A DNA stretch of 64,000 bases, taken from NCBI GenBank assembly GCA_964016885.1, contig OZ024746.1, positions 26,288,001-26,352,000 on the forward strand, given 5' to 3'. This DNA is from Eledone cirrhosa. Taxonomy: Eukaryota. Positions within the stretch are counted from its first letter, which is position 1, and each line of letters opens with the position of its first letter. Both the position numbers and the translations under genes were made by a program. The notes under the pieces were generated by a model. That model had not been told where the DNA came from, did not search any database, and was given only the letters and a program-made list of their open reading frames with translations. Positions 25,909 through 37,815 of this stretch are shown in pieces.

Positions 25909-26420
25909 GAATTTTTTTCTGATATTTGTATAAAGCCAGCAATTTGAAGGGGGAAGGGGGAAATCGATTATATTGACCCCAGTGCTTGGCTGGTACATTA
26001 TTTTATTAACAGCTATGATGATGATGGTAATGACAATGATGGTGGTGATGACGATGGTGGCGACGATGATGATGGTGATGACGATGACAATGATGATGAA
26101 AGCTGCCATACAAGATTCCATAATACATTGGAATGCTAAGCTGGATGTTAAAATATTTGACATGTTTAAAACCCTTTCTGTAATGACATGTGCTTGGAAT
26201 CTAGTCACATCTTCATTTAAATCACCACCACCCCCTCCACCACCAACACCACCTTCCATCATTACTACTATCACCTACTCCCACCCTCCATTTCACCACC
26301 TCTGTCACCAGCACCACCAACTACACTACCAGCGCTACCAAAACCCCCACTACCACACTCCACTCCGCCACCAGCACAACCCTCACCAAGACTACCACCC
26401 TCCACCTCAACACCACCACC
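25868..26420. repeat. (GAT)n and (ACC)n low-complexity blocks with a SINE-tail remnant
   Basis: Triplet runs; cagcaatttgaaggggg...aatcgattatattgaccccagtg fragment. Confidence 0.75.
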
Positions 26421-29226
26421 ACCCACTTGTCTGTTTGCTCTCTCTCTCTCTCTCTCTCTCCACTTCACTCATTTTTCTAATTAGCTCCCTTATTGATGCC
26501 AGCACCATAACATTCTTTACGTAAGCCATAACAACTTCATTAATTTGTTTCTTTAGTAAAATAAATATAAAATAAAACACAAAACAAAGCTGTTGTAGCC
26601 ACTGACAACAAACCTGACAATCAAAAATCTATTATGTAAGCATTAATTGCAAATTGGAAGCCAAAGTAGGCTTTTTTACTACATATTTACATGTTTTAAT
26701 TATATGTTTATGTACTTCTCTAAGTGATTTTACTACTTATTTATACATTTTTGTAATTACATACTTATGTACTTGCAGGGCAGGATTAAAGGAACTTAGG
26801 AGCTCCTAAGGTAAAGAATATTAGGGGCTTCCATAAAAACTTAATAAAAAATTAGAAGTATCTGAATGTAGGCCTACAACTTGAACAATGCTGAGATTCC
26901 AACATCAGCTCATGTTGACATTTAAAACAAAGATGACACCAAACAATAGGGCTGAGTTCAAGTAACTAAAGGTCTTTGACTAGGCCCACATGAAACTTGA
27001 GGAAAATTAAAAATACATGAATGTAGGCCTACACATGGGAATGATGCAGAGATTTTTTTTTTTTATTCTTTATTAAAACAAGTTTTTTCTTTTTTTAAAT
27101 ATCTTCTGGTCTTTCATGGATTTATTAACTCTGAACATTCTGTACTACACCAAACTATATTAGCAAGACATTCTTGAAAAATCTAAATTATCACTAAAAT
27201 GTTCACAATGATCTGTATAATAGTAAAAATACTATAAACATTTGAATTATCAAACCTAATTTTAGATAGAGCAATGAATCGACAGAGTAGTTAGAATATC
27301 AGATAGAATGTTGTGTAGTATTTGTCCCAGTTCTCTACACTGAGTTCAAATCCATTTCATCTTTCAAGGCCAATAAAAAAAAAAAAGTTTTGACTCAGCT
27401 TGGTGTGGGTGCAGCCTACTTTCCCTTTAGCTATCACATCCTGTATGTTCTGCTGAGTCCTTTCAAGGTCAACAAATAAAGAACTAGCTCTCTATATTTC
27501 TTTCTCACTTCCTCTCTCAATATTTCTCTTTCTCTGAAAGAAATCAGCTGTGTTCAGACCTGGAGAAGGATAGGCTCCACCAGGTTTAAATGCCCATGTC
27601 ATGCCATATATGTATTCCAATCAAGTGTAAAGTCCTCATGCATCTTTTAGATAATTTTCTGCTAAATCATAACAAGATGTTACAAGTTAGCACAGTTTAA
27701 AAATAAAATATATTGTCACTGGAATTTTGTTAGCGACATTACATCCTGATATGATGATGGTCAATAAGAATAGCTTTGAAACAAGATGAAGCAAGATTAA
27801 GGATACTAAATGTACTTAAGTCAAATATCATTTTAGAGTAAGTAAAATCATGTAAATGAAATACAATATTTTTTCATCTAGAGATAACATGACGGAAGTA
27901 ACTCAAGTGCACTAAAATATGTTTGTAGTTTGATTTTTTTTAAGGAAATTCATTTATTTAACTGTTTCTTCTTAATCATTATTTCCATTTGCAGCAGAAT
28001 ACAACACATCATAAACATTTCATCCATTTATCTCTATTTGTTGTCCTATTGAGTTCCTCCCTGATTGACACCGAGACCATTTTAGAATCTGGTCTCTCAA
28101 TCTATCATTGGGATGTTCTTGGTTTCTCTTTCTAGGTATCATATCCTCTAAACAGATTTTAGAGAGAACTCACCCCACCACCTCATCCCAGTTTATTGTC
28201 ATTGTACTGAGGTCTGCTCCTAATTAACACTGAGACTATTTTAAGAACTGCTCTCTTCATCTACCAATGAAGCATCTTCAGTTTCTCTTGCCAGGTATTA
28301 TACCTTCTAGACAGATTTTAGAGAGAACACAAGTTGAACATTTGATGAGGCCAAACAATTTGAGAGGGTTGCTTTTAATTTAATTCAAAATTAATTGTTG
28401 CTGATGTTGTTGTGTCATTTTTTATAGATGTAATATTTTAACTGTGCCAGGTGTTTCTCAGCAATAAACTCCATTAACATGATTTAGAATAGGATTCTTA
28501 ATGTTTAGTTCTATTTTACTGACATCAGACAAATGTTGACTCTTTTAGCACTATGGTCATGTTGTCTATATAGTAATAAATGTAGGCGCAAACTCATGAT
28601 GGGGTGAGCAGACAGCAGGAGGATCTTCAGAGGAAGGACTCCCATGTTTCAGTACTTGATTCCTCCTAACATTAAGGAAGCCTGGCCCATCTAGATCATG
28701 ACTCCTAGGTGTCCTGCTGGTTTTCTCCTCCAGCAGGTGATTTTGTTTCCCATTCCTGTAGTTTACACCATTTGGCCACAAAGACCATAGATAGAACACT
28801 TCATATTAAAAAGGAACCAATGTTCACGACTTGATGTATCCTAACTTAGTTCCAGTTGTCATTTCTCTTTGAACTTTTCTCAACAATGCTATGGTGTAAT
28901 TGTCAAAAATAATAGAAAAACAGTATCACTTAAATAAACAAGTGTCACTCAGAAGTGTTAAAAACTACAGATATTAGTAAAACTTGAGAATTGACCAACA
29001 CAATGTAACTAACAGAATAAGTTAAAATTTAAGTAATGATGCTAATTAGCTCATTTGCATACAAAGCAACATTTGGGTAAATGGTTAAATTCTGACTTCT
29101 TGTAAGAATTACCATCCATGAAAATCACCCAAACTATGAAAACTGCCCTACATTTCTGGCAAAAGATTAGACCAAAAATAACAAGGATCACCTATTTCTG
29201 GGTCACCAGAACATTCATCCTCTTAA

Positions 29227-29443
29227 CCCTTTAGCATTTAAACTGGCCATATCTGGCCAGAATTGTCTCACCTCTTTCTGTTCAAACTGGCCGTAACAGG
29301 CCATTCATACTGATGTTAAGGATTGTTTTCAAAATAAATATCAAAATCTCATAGATTTGATATCATGTGAGATATTTATGTGAGATTAAGCCTTTACCGT
29401 GAAAATACAATAGTATATATAGAGTAATATAAATGCTAAAGGG
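29227..29443. mobile_element. piggyBac-type MITE with TTAA target-site duplication
   Basis: TTAA-ccctttagcattta ... taaatgctaaaggg-TTAA. Confidence 0.88.
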
Positions 29444-29589
29444 TTAAGCCTGAAATATAACAAAAACCTGACAGGAAAATTCCATAAAAAATGCCTACCA
29501 TTATTGGTTTCTTTCGAGGTCACCAGCATAACAAGACAGGTACTACATATTTAGGCTGACCTTGCAGAACTCTAAGCCACTGCGAGATC

Positions 29590-29807
29590 AACCTCTAAAG
29601 AATAAAACACTGATAAGGGTTAAACTACTTATATAGCAATTTCTAAGGGTTAAACCATTAATATATCAGCCTCTAAGGGTTAAATCACTGATATATCAGC
29701 TTCTAAGGGTTAAACCACTGATATATCAATCTCTAAGGGTTAAACCACTGATATATCAGCCTCTAAGGGTTAAACCACTGATATATCAGCTCCAAGGGTT
29801 AAACCAA
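29590..29807. repeat. 30-bp minisatellite (ctctaagggttaaaccactgatatatcagc), ~7 copies
   Basis: Units start at 29641, 29671, 29701, 29731 and 29761. Confidence 0.93.
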
Positions 29808-31534
29808 GTTATCAATATTATTTGAATTCAAAACCATGACATTCATCACTATATTATTATATTTTATTATATATATAATATTATTATTTTTTTTTTTCAT
29901 TATTAAATATTAAAATTTATGTAAACTATGTTTGATTAGCTAGTTCAACCAATCAAAACCCTTTTATCTTTGAGTACATGACCTCATAAGAATTTTTTGG
30001 TGTGACCAAATTATGGAAAATGCCAGAGTACCAGACTGAGTAAGCTACAGAATACCATCACCATAAGATGGCAGAAAATGCTGAACCATGTATGCCCAAG
30101 AGGAGACCAGTTACAGCCTCTCTTAGGTGGAAGCAGAGGGAGAGACCTGCCAAGAGCTAACTGAAGTCATGGCATGGACATGGCCGGGGAGCAAGCGCAT
30201 GACATGGCAACTGTGCTTGGTAGATATCTCGTCACTCAATACCCCATAGGGAATGAACTCAAGAAAAAGATCTGACCTCATTTATTATAACATTGTTTTT
30301 CTTATTCCCAGTTTTGCCTACAAATTTAATCTTGGTTCTGTGATACCATTTTTTTTTTTTTTTTTTTTTTTAGACAGACTATATAATTTGGAGAATATTA
30401 GTTTGAATACCAACTCCAAGAGTAGCGAGTAAAGAAAATGTGTCTTTTAACCAAAATACTTTTTTTGCATGTTAACCGTACACTTTATAAAATTTGATTG
30501 AAGTTTGATATAAAATCTCGCTTGGAAATTGAGATTAAACTTGCAAGATTTGTTTTTCTTTTTTTGGTTTTTGTTTTTCTTGCAATGCCAAAATGGTACT
30601 GCTTAAATCCTCATGGAAAACCGAAGTCATAAAAGGAGATAAAATTCTACACAGCCTATAGATTAAAGACAAACTGAAAGAGTTGAAAGAATTTCTGAAC
30701 TGAACATAAAATAATGGTATAGAAACTATAATTCTTCTACTAGCAATCTTAGAAGACACGATATTAAGCAATGCAATTAATAGCAATGTTTCTTTAGAAT
30801 TGTTTAAAAAAAAAGAAAACATATCAAAATAATAGTGAAAAAAAATTAATTAAAAATTTATCCATTTCTTTAACTGAGGAAATGTAAGATTTCTATAAAG
30901 TGGAACTATAAAATGGATTATAAGAAGTTTTGAGTGATTTATGAAACTTATCACAGCATTTACTTCTTAGGATACATGGTATGGTATGGTGCCTTAACTC
31001 CTGAATGAGTTGTAGGGGCGCCATATTGACAGATCATTTCTTGGGCATTTTAAGCCTGGCAGAGCCTATCCCTCTCCAAGCCTGAGTACAGCAGATTTCT
31101 TCCAGGGAATGATAGAAAGTGAGAGAGAGGAAGTGAGAAAAGAATACAGAGGAAGAAAGACGAATTGACTTTGGTAGGATTTGAACTCAGAGAGCAGAGA
31201 ACTAAAATGAATACCACAAAGCACTATCTGATGTTCTAACTTAGCAAATTTGTTCTTAGTTCATTTTAACCTTTTGTTAACATATTTTAATGAAACACAA
31301 TCTATGATTTTCAAATAATTTTAAAACTAATCAAGAATTTGGAGGGATTTAGTAATATAATTTTCACGTTAATAATCTGGTGTTTTAAACAGAAAATTAT
31401 AATGAAAGGCTTTTAGATAACTATACACACGTTAACCCATTCATTACCATATTTATAATAAATGACACTGCCTGTAATTTTCAAGTGAGTTTTTTTTTTT
31501 TTATAACTAAATACATTAGTAAAGTATAGACATC

Positions 31535-31635
31535 TTATATAGAAATGATTTCTCAAGAACTAGAACTGTTTCATTCAAATAAAATCATCATTTGAATGAA
31601 ACAGTTCTAGTTCTGTAGAAGTCATTTCTATATAA
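31535..31635. repeat. Palindromic repeat family, copy 2
   Basis: ttatatagaaatga...ctagaactgtttcattcaaat / atttgaatgaaacagttctag...tcatttctatataa. Confidence 0.88.
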
Positions 31636-31837
31636 AATAAAGTGTATGTATCTGTGTGTGTGTAGAGAGAGAGACCTCTCTCCACCACCTCCACTCGGCT
31701 CCCCCTCGCCTCACACTCAGATCTCAATCATGCCATCTTTCTAAAATGGCTGACTGAATACGTTACAGTGTTTTTTTTTTCTCATTTTTTTTTTCTTCTG
31801 TTCCTTCCTCTTCTCACCCTTTATCCTTCTTATTCTA

Positions 31838-31873
31838 TCTTCTGACGAAGGACTAGCGTCTGAAACGTTAACA
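31838..31873 (+). ncRNA. Minimal type I hammerhead ribozyme, family A copy 1 (within a ~200-bp repeat, 31745-31945)
   Basis: tctt-CTGACGA-a-ggac-tagc-gtct-GAAA-CGT-T-aaca; both core halves are intact. Confidence 0.7.
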
Positions 31874-32048
31874 CTCTTTTTCAAGCATTAAACTAATATT
31901 CATTGTACTGTGTCGTTTGCTTTGTGATTTCTGTTTACTTTTTACAGACAGACAGACAATGCCATATATATTTTCCTAGTCTTGTTGCTAGAATTAAGTT
32001 CAGTCATGACAGAAAGAAATTTCATTTGACTTCAGTCAATGATTGTCA

Positions 32049-32105
<57 letters not shown>

Positions 32106-32558
32106 TGTGAGTGTGAGTGTGTGTGTGTATTTATATATATATAAACTTCAAAGCAATAACATGTTTAATTCATATATGACTCGACTTCATAGTTTATTCA
32201 TCAAAGATAAATTCTCTTCTGAAAATGTCTTGTTTATTTTTTTTATTTTCTTTTACTGAACTTAATTATGAACTTTTGTAGCAATATGACAGATAGGAAA
32301 TGCATTGGATGTGTGTGTATGTAAATTTTAAATTGTTACAGATGGAGATATATATAAATAAATATACAAACACACACACAAGGCATATTCTTATAGTTGA
32401 AATATGTGTGTACATTATATATATATAAGCAAAGAGATATTTAATTTGTTGGTAATTCCACAAATATATTTATAACAGATTCGAAGCACTCGACAAGTTT
32501 TCTGGAGTATAATATCAATGATATTAATAAATGGAAACTATATTTATAAAACCATATT

Positions 32559-32621
32559 TATTCTATTATATATATATTTCAAGGGTACCAAAACTTTGGT
32601 ATGCTCTCATCAGATAAAATA
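32559..32621 (-). ncRNA. Type I hammerhead ribozyme (left arm of the palindrome)
   Basis: Minus strand: tattttat-CTGATGA-gagcataccaaagttttggtaccctt-GAAA-tatatatata-atagaata. Confidence 0.75.
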
Positions 32622-32684
32622 CAAAATTTGTTTTATAATAAGGTCTGATTCCAGGATGTATCACTATTTATAAAACAAATTTTG

Positions 32685-32746
32685 TATTTTATCTGATGAG
32701 AGCGTGACCAAAGTTTTGGTACCCTTGAAATATATATAATAGAATA
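32685..32746 (+). ncRNA. Type I hammerhead ribozyme (right arm of the palindrome)
   Basis: Stem I tattttat/atagaata (8 bp, one G-U), CTGATGA 32693-32699, stem II gag..accaa-agtt-ttggt..ctt, GAAA 32727-32730, palindromic (AT)n stem III, AUA triplet. Confidence 0.75.
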
Positions 32747-32787
32747 AATATGGTTTTATAAATATAGTTTCCATTTATTAATATCAT

Positions 32788-32828
<41 letters not shown>

Positions 32829-33372
32829 ATATAAAATTTAAGAGAAAACTCTTTTATGGGAGTATAAGCCAGACAGACCCCAAAAAAATTTAAGTCAATC
32901 TCGCTTATATATCAATCTCCTTACCATGGTTTCATTCGTGGAACCAGCAACTATTGGAAAAGACTAATATTTGAAGAATTCAAAAATTCGGCGGGTAACG
33001 TAAAACAGCGATGATGATGATGAATTTTCATTAACTTCTGTTCCAAGCACAAGATTGTTATATTACCAAATCTCTCCAAAACTAAAACTATTTAAAAACA
33101 TTAGGGAGTGTCTGACATTGGAAATATGATAACAAATGGCTTAAAATATCAGTAGGCCTGTGTAAAACTCTGGTAGTAGGCTTGTGTCAGTTACGAAATG
33201 GGGAGGGGGGGGGGCTATTTCTCTCTCTCTTATATATATATATATAAAACGCCAGCACCAGCAGTTTTGCAAGAGATGTCAACAACATGAATGGACCTGT
33301 TATTTTTATATAAAGACATTTTTTCCAATTCCATCCCACCCGTCCCCTCATTCTATTTTATTTCTCATTCTT

Positions 33373-33408
33373 TCTTCTGATGAAGGACTAGCGTCCAAAA
33401 CGTTAAGA
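33373..33408 (+). ncRNA. Hammerhead family A copy 2 (G12->A variant)
   Basis: tctt-CTGATGA-a-ggac-tagc-gtcc-AAAA-CGTT-aaga; perfect stems I and II. Confidence 0.65.
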
Positions 33409-33964
33409 CCCTCTTCCTGCTATATCAAGCGTTAACCTAATATATACCTTCCATATACTGTACCAATTGTGTTGTTATTTCTGTTTACCTTTTACATACA
33501 TATATATATATATATAAGCGATCAAATTAACCTTTAACCAAACATGGAACGGTAAAGAAGATGAGTAAAAATCAAACAATAGGAGTGAATGAACACTCCA
33601 CCAAATGATACTAGCTAGAGAGTCTTATACTGAATCCATGTGTAAGCTGGGCATAGAGGAACAACATCAAAGCCTGTCCAGGACATATCTCACAAACAAA
33701 AGAGGTTACGTCTATTACATAATAGATACCACTGAAATATATATAACAGTAACAAAATAATAAATAAAATGATGTAAGATTCAGGCACTCTGACTTCATC
33801 ATCATGTGTGGGTGTGTGTGTGTTTCTGTATGTGAGTGAATTTTGTATATCTAATGATATACGGTATGTTTACGAATAAACATTTTGAAAGCACTTTAGC
33901 TATGAATTTTGAAAGCTGGCGGCTAGCACCATTTAACGGATTCCAGCAGAAGCAGTAGAAGATA

Positions 33965-34006
33965 ACTGTTGACGCGTTTCTAGCTTATGTCCATCATGAG
34001 GACAGT
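33965..34006 (-). ncRNA. Minimal type I hammerhead (G5->C variant) inside a 151-bp terminally redundant unit
   Basis: Minus strand: actgtc-CTCATGA-tggacataagcta-GAAACGCGTC-aacagt; 28-bp direct repeats at 33859-33886 and 34010-34037. Confidence 0.65.
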
Positions 34007-34074
34007 GCCATATGGTATGTTTACGAATAAATATTTTATATATATATATATATATGGGAGGGGGTAAGAACCTC

Positions 34075-34400
34075 ATCAATTCTGAGATATTTGTAGCATT
34101 TGACATTGGTGATGAGGAGGATATCTATATTCTTTGTCAAGTCTTTCCTTGATTTGCTCCCAAATATGAGCACATAGCCTGACCAAACTACATTCTAATA
34201 TCCAGTGAGAATGTTATTACCAGCTCTGTCTCTTGGTGCTGGGAATATTACCTGAATACACCTTCAGGCCATTGACAAACGAGATATGTATGGTATTAAA
34301 TTCCTCACCTCTGCAAATCCTTAGCTATTTCCTCAACGGAGTTGATAAAGTAATTGACACCCTCAGATATTTCCTGCTGATAACCTAATTTTGTTTGTGA
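34075..34400 (-). pseudogene. Decayed reverse-transcriptase fragment (R4/Dong-like non-LTR)
   Basis: Minus-strand remnants FVNGLKVYS (cf. FVDDLKLY), DIRM*FGQAMC and YKYLRIDE (cf. YKYLGI). Confidence 0.55.
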
Positions 34401-34859
34401 ATTACAAGTACAATACATGTTTTTTTTTTGTTTGTTAGATTTTTTTCAACTGATTTGACTGAATTAATGTGAAATAAAGTCTTGGTCTGAGACTAAACAG
34501 CAGTGACAACCTCATACAACAACAGTAACACCATAAAACACCACCAACAGCAGTAACAAGAGTAACAACACCACCAACAAGACCAACAGTAAGAATGCTG
34601 CCAATAACAGTAAGAACACCACCAACGATAATACCGACATCAAGATCAACGTGTTTCCAAAGCAAATAAGAAAGAAGGGGAAACATTTAAAACTAAATTT
34701 GGTGTATTTCACCTCTGGTGTGTTTCTCCACTACTAAATATTAAAACTCCCTGAATCTATTTCTAACTTTACTGCGAATGCTTTTATGTGAAAAAAAAAT
34801 GATATATCAAACTTGCATTAAATTTCTTGCACAGCAAAATCTTTCTTTAACAGACTTCC

Positions 34860-35852
34860 AATAACTTCCTTTCTGGTAACAAATTATCTTTGATCTTTCC
34901 GATCAATTTTCTAGATGCCGCTTACTTTCTGCTAGCGCAAAGTTCTCGGGGGACTGGATTGATGCCCTGCCTGTGGCCAACATTGGTGGCCCTCTCAGTC
35001 TGTACGAACTCCGCATCTCCATTGCATTTTGTGTGGGAGCCAACATCTGTAGGGGTCTGAGATGCCGCTGTGGTAGGTCCCTCGACCACAGATTTACATG
35101 GTTTCTCCTGCTGCCTGAATGCTGGTCGTTTTGCTCGTCACATCAAGCTAAACCTGATCATCAAACGGGCCCTGATTCGGGTTAATATCCCCACAGTTCT
35201 GGAGCCAGTTGGTTTATCCAGAAGTGATGGGAAGAGACTAGGCGGTCTTACCCTTTGTCCCTGGGTGAGAGGTAGGTGTCTCATCTGGGACGTCACATTC
35301 AGTGATTCTTTTGCTCCTCGCACATCATGGACGCCACGGTGAATGTGAGGATCACTGCTTCTGCTGCCAAATGGTTAAAAATTCGGAAATACCAGGACTT
35401 ATCAAATAATTATTTTTTCCAGCCTGTGGCATTCGAGATGTTCGGTGGAATTTGACCACTGACTGAAGTTCTTGTGAGGGTGCCTGGTTATTTCAGCGCC
35501 TTAACCTCGCCATCACCCGTGGTAATGTTGCGAGCGTGTTGGCTTACCTGAAAGTGTGCAGCAGTTAACTCCCAAGGTGGAGGTGTTGCAGATTGTCACA
35601 CTTGGTGGTAAATCCTCCCCCCCCCCCCTTTTTTTTTGTTTTCCTTTATCATTTTTCTTCATGAATTTATATTATTGTGTTATTATACACAGTTTAGACA
35701 TATTTGTCCTTCTGAACGAATTGCGAGCAATTTTTTGTGTTATTTACGCATTTGTTGATGTATATATTTAAAACATATTTGCAATGTTATTCATCTGTAA
35801 ATTTATACAACTGTCATAAAAAATGTTCACATTAAAAAAAAAGTTATCAAGA
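34860..35852 (+). mobile_element. 5'-truncated CRE-like non-LTR retrotransposon (zinc knuckle plus restriction-like endonuclease, poly-A end)
   Basis: SGDWIDALP, CRCG...LHGFSC...GRFARH, LEPVGLSRSDGKRLGGLTLCPW.RG..LIWDVT and LFQRLNLAITRGNVASVL motifs; frameshifted; A-tract at ~35843-35852. Confidence 0.85.
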
Positions 35853-36004
35853 GATATTTAAAAATACATAAATCCTTTTGATACCCAGCCACCGGAAACT
35901 GCTCTCATGGTTCTATGATATAAATCTTTATCTTAAAGTGTATATATTATCTAAAAATCTTCGATTATAATTTTATACAAATATAACAATCTCTTCTCTG
36001 GTCA

Positions 36005-36310
36005 AACAACAAGTGTCACAGTTGTTCAAACAACGGAACAGCCTGCTCGTAAAATTAACGTGCAAGTGGCTGAGCATTCCACAGGCATATGTACCCTTAA
36101 AATAGTTCTAAGGGAGATATAGCATGAGACACAGTGTGTGACGTGGTTGGCTCTTTGTATCACAAGTACAACTCATTTTTTTCCAGATGAGTAGACTGAA
36201 GCCACATGAAAACTTGTCTTGCTCAAGGACACAAGGTACCACCGGGAATTGAACTCACAGCCATGATATTATGAGCTGAACACCCTGACCACTAAGCTAC
36301 GTGCCTTCAC
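36005..36310 (-). mobile_element. tRNA-derived SINE (Meta/V-like family)
   Basis: Reverse complement of 13870-14170; A box (accactaagc) and B box (gggaattgaactc) visible. Confidence 0.8.
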
Positions 36311-36315
36311 AAATC

Positions 36316-36495
36316 TTGTTTCTACTTTTGGCACAAGGCCAGCAATTACCCCAGTGCATTACTAGTGCTTTATTTTTATCGACCCGGTAAGGATGAAAGG
36401 CAAAGTTAACCTCGGTTGGATTTGAACTCAGAACGTAAAGGTCCATAACTATGCTCCAAAGCATGGTATCTGACGCTCTACCGATACTGCGATAC
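36316..36495 (-). mobile_element. Nin-like SINE
   Basis: High identity to 50634-50818. Confidence 0.85.
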
Positions 36496-36609
36496 GTTAA
36501 GAGACAAACCACTTCACTAGTCCCTCATCGAGCCTTGACTCGAATAAATTATATAAGTCAGTACTCAACGTTCGTTCACACAACCATATTTTTTGTCTAC
36601 ATATATGTC

Positions 36610-37235
36610 CTTTTAGTCTTTTACTAGTTTCTGTCATTAGATTGCGACCACACTAGGTAAACCCCCTTCATTCAGTCGATCATGTCGACGCAGTACTTAT
36701 TTGTTTAAGAACTTATTTTGCTAAATTTAGAGAAAGACACTCCCAACCGATTTCAGTGGGAAATTTTTTTTTCAATTTTTTTGTGTGCTCAATTAAGCTT
36801 ACCTCCTAATATGGCCCTAAGGACTTTTTTTTCCCCCGAAAAGAGGAGGGGGTCTCTAGGAGTTTTCTTTATCTGAAGGTCCCCCTCCCTTTTGGTGGTA
36901 AACATTCCTTAGGACTATATTAGGAGGTAAGTTTAATTAATAGCACGCGAAAAAAATTATTTCAATTGAAATCGGTAGGGCTGTCTTTCTATAATACCCT
37001 TATTTTATCGATCATTTTTCATTGAACAGCTAAATTACGAAGCACAATACACACATTGTGTGTATGTGTGTATACACACACACGCGACGAACGTCTGCAG
37101 TTTCTACCTACCAAATTCCACACATATCCATTCAAGGATATAGTAGAAGACACCCATGGTGCCACGCCACGGTACTGAACTCAGGATTACGGAGTTGCGA
37201 AGTGAATTACATAATCACACAGCCATGCCTGCACC
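36610..37235 (-). mobile_element. CORE-like SINE interrupted by a foldback MITE
   Basis: Tail at 36610-36720, body and head at 37000-37235 ending cacacagccatgcctgc. Confidence 0.65.
36731..36990. mobile_element. Foldback MITE with ~90-bp imperfect TIRs
   Basis: agaaagac..ccgatttca...ttacctcctaatat..cctaagga is mirrored by tccttagg..atattaggaggtaa...tgaaatcgg..gtctttct. Confidence 0.8.
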
Positions 37236-37457
37236 TATGTACTTTTAAATTTCTTTTATGTCATTTTTTTTTTTTAAATGAATGTTTTTTTTTTGTAAGT
37301 GTTTTTCGAAATAAAACAAATTTACAATTACTAAGTATTTCCATTAAACATTTACTAATATCTTTAAATAATCGATTTAATATAAAACTGACACTGGGTA
37401 ACATTCCTCACTTGTCAAGAAGTGCCGGGTGACATTGAAACAGTATCTAAAGATATT

Positions 37458-37815
37458 ATATGACCAGATCAGTAAAACATAACCTGGTCGTTATGTAAGG
37501 AGTTTGTTTACTGACCAATTCAATATATGACCAGGTCAGTAAAACATAACCTGGTCGTTATGTAAGGAGTTTGTTTACTGACCAATTCAATATATGACCA
37601 GGTCAGTAAAACATAACCTGGTCGTTATGTAAGGAGTTTGTTTACTGACCAATTCAATATATGACCAGGTCAGTAAAACATAACCTGGTCGTTATGCAAG
37701 GTGTTTGTTTACTGACCAATTCAATATATGACCAGGTCAGTAAAACACAACCTGGTCGTTATGTAAGGTTTACTGACCAATTCACTTCACAACCAGGTCA
37801 GTGGAACATAACCTG
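37458..37815. repeat. 67-bp minisatellite, ~5 copies
   Basis: tatgaccaggtcagtaaaacataacctggtcgttatgtaaggagtttgtttactgaccaattcaata at 37459, 37526, 37593, 37660 and 37727. Confidence 0.95.

Larger units (their letters stand above)
32512..32793. repeat. ~127-bp-arm inverted repeat (29-bp spacer) abutting (TA)n
   Basis: 32512-32638 and 32668-32793 are near-perfect reverse complements. Confidence 0.95.

Noticed and set aside
29590-29807. Telomeric repeat or amplified piggyBac end (taagggttaa)
   Set aside because: Not tandem TTAGGG; similarity to the MITE terminus is only ~9 bp.
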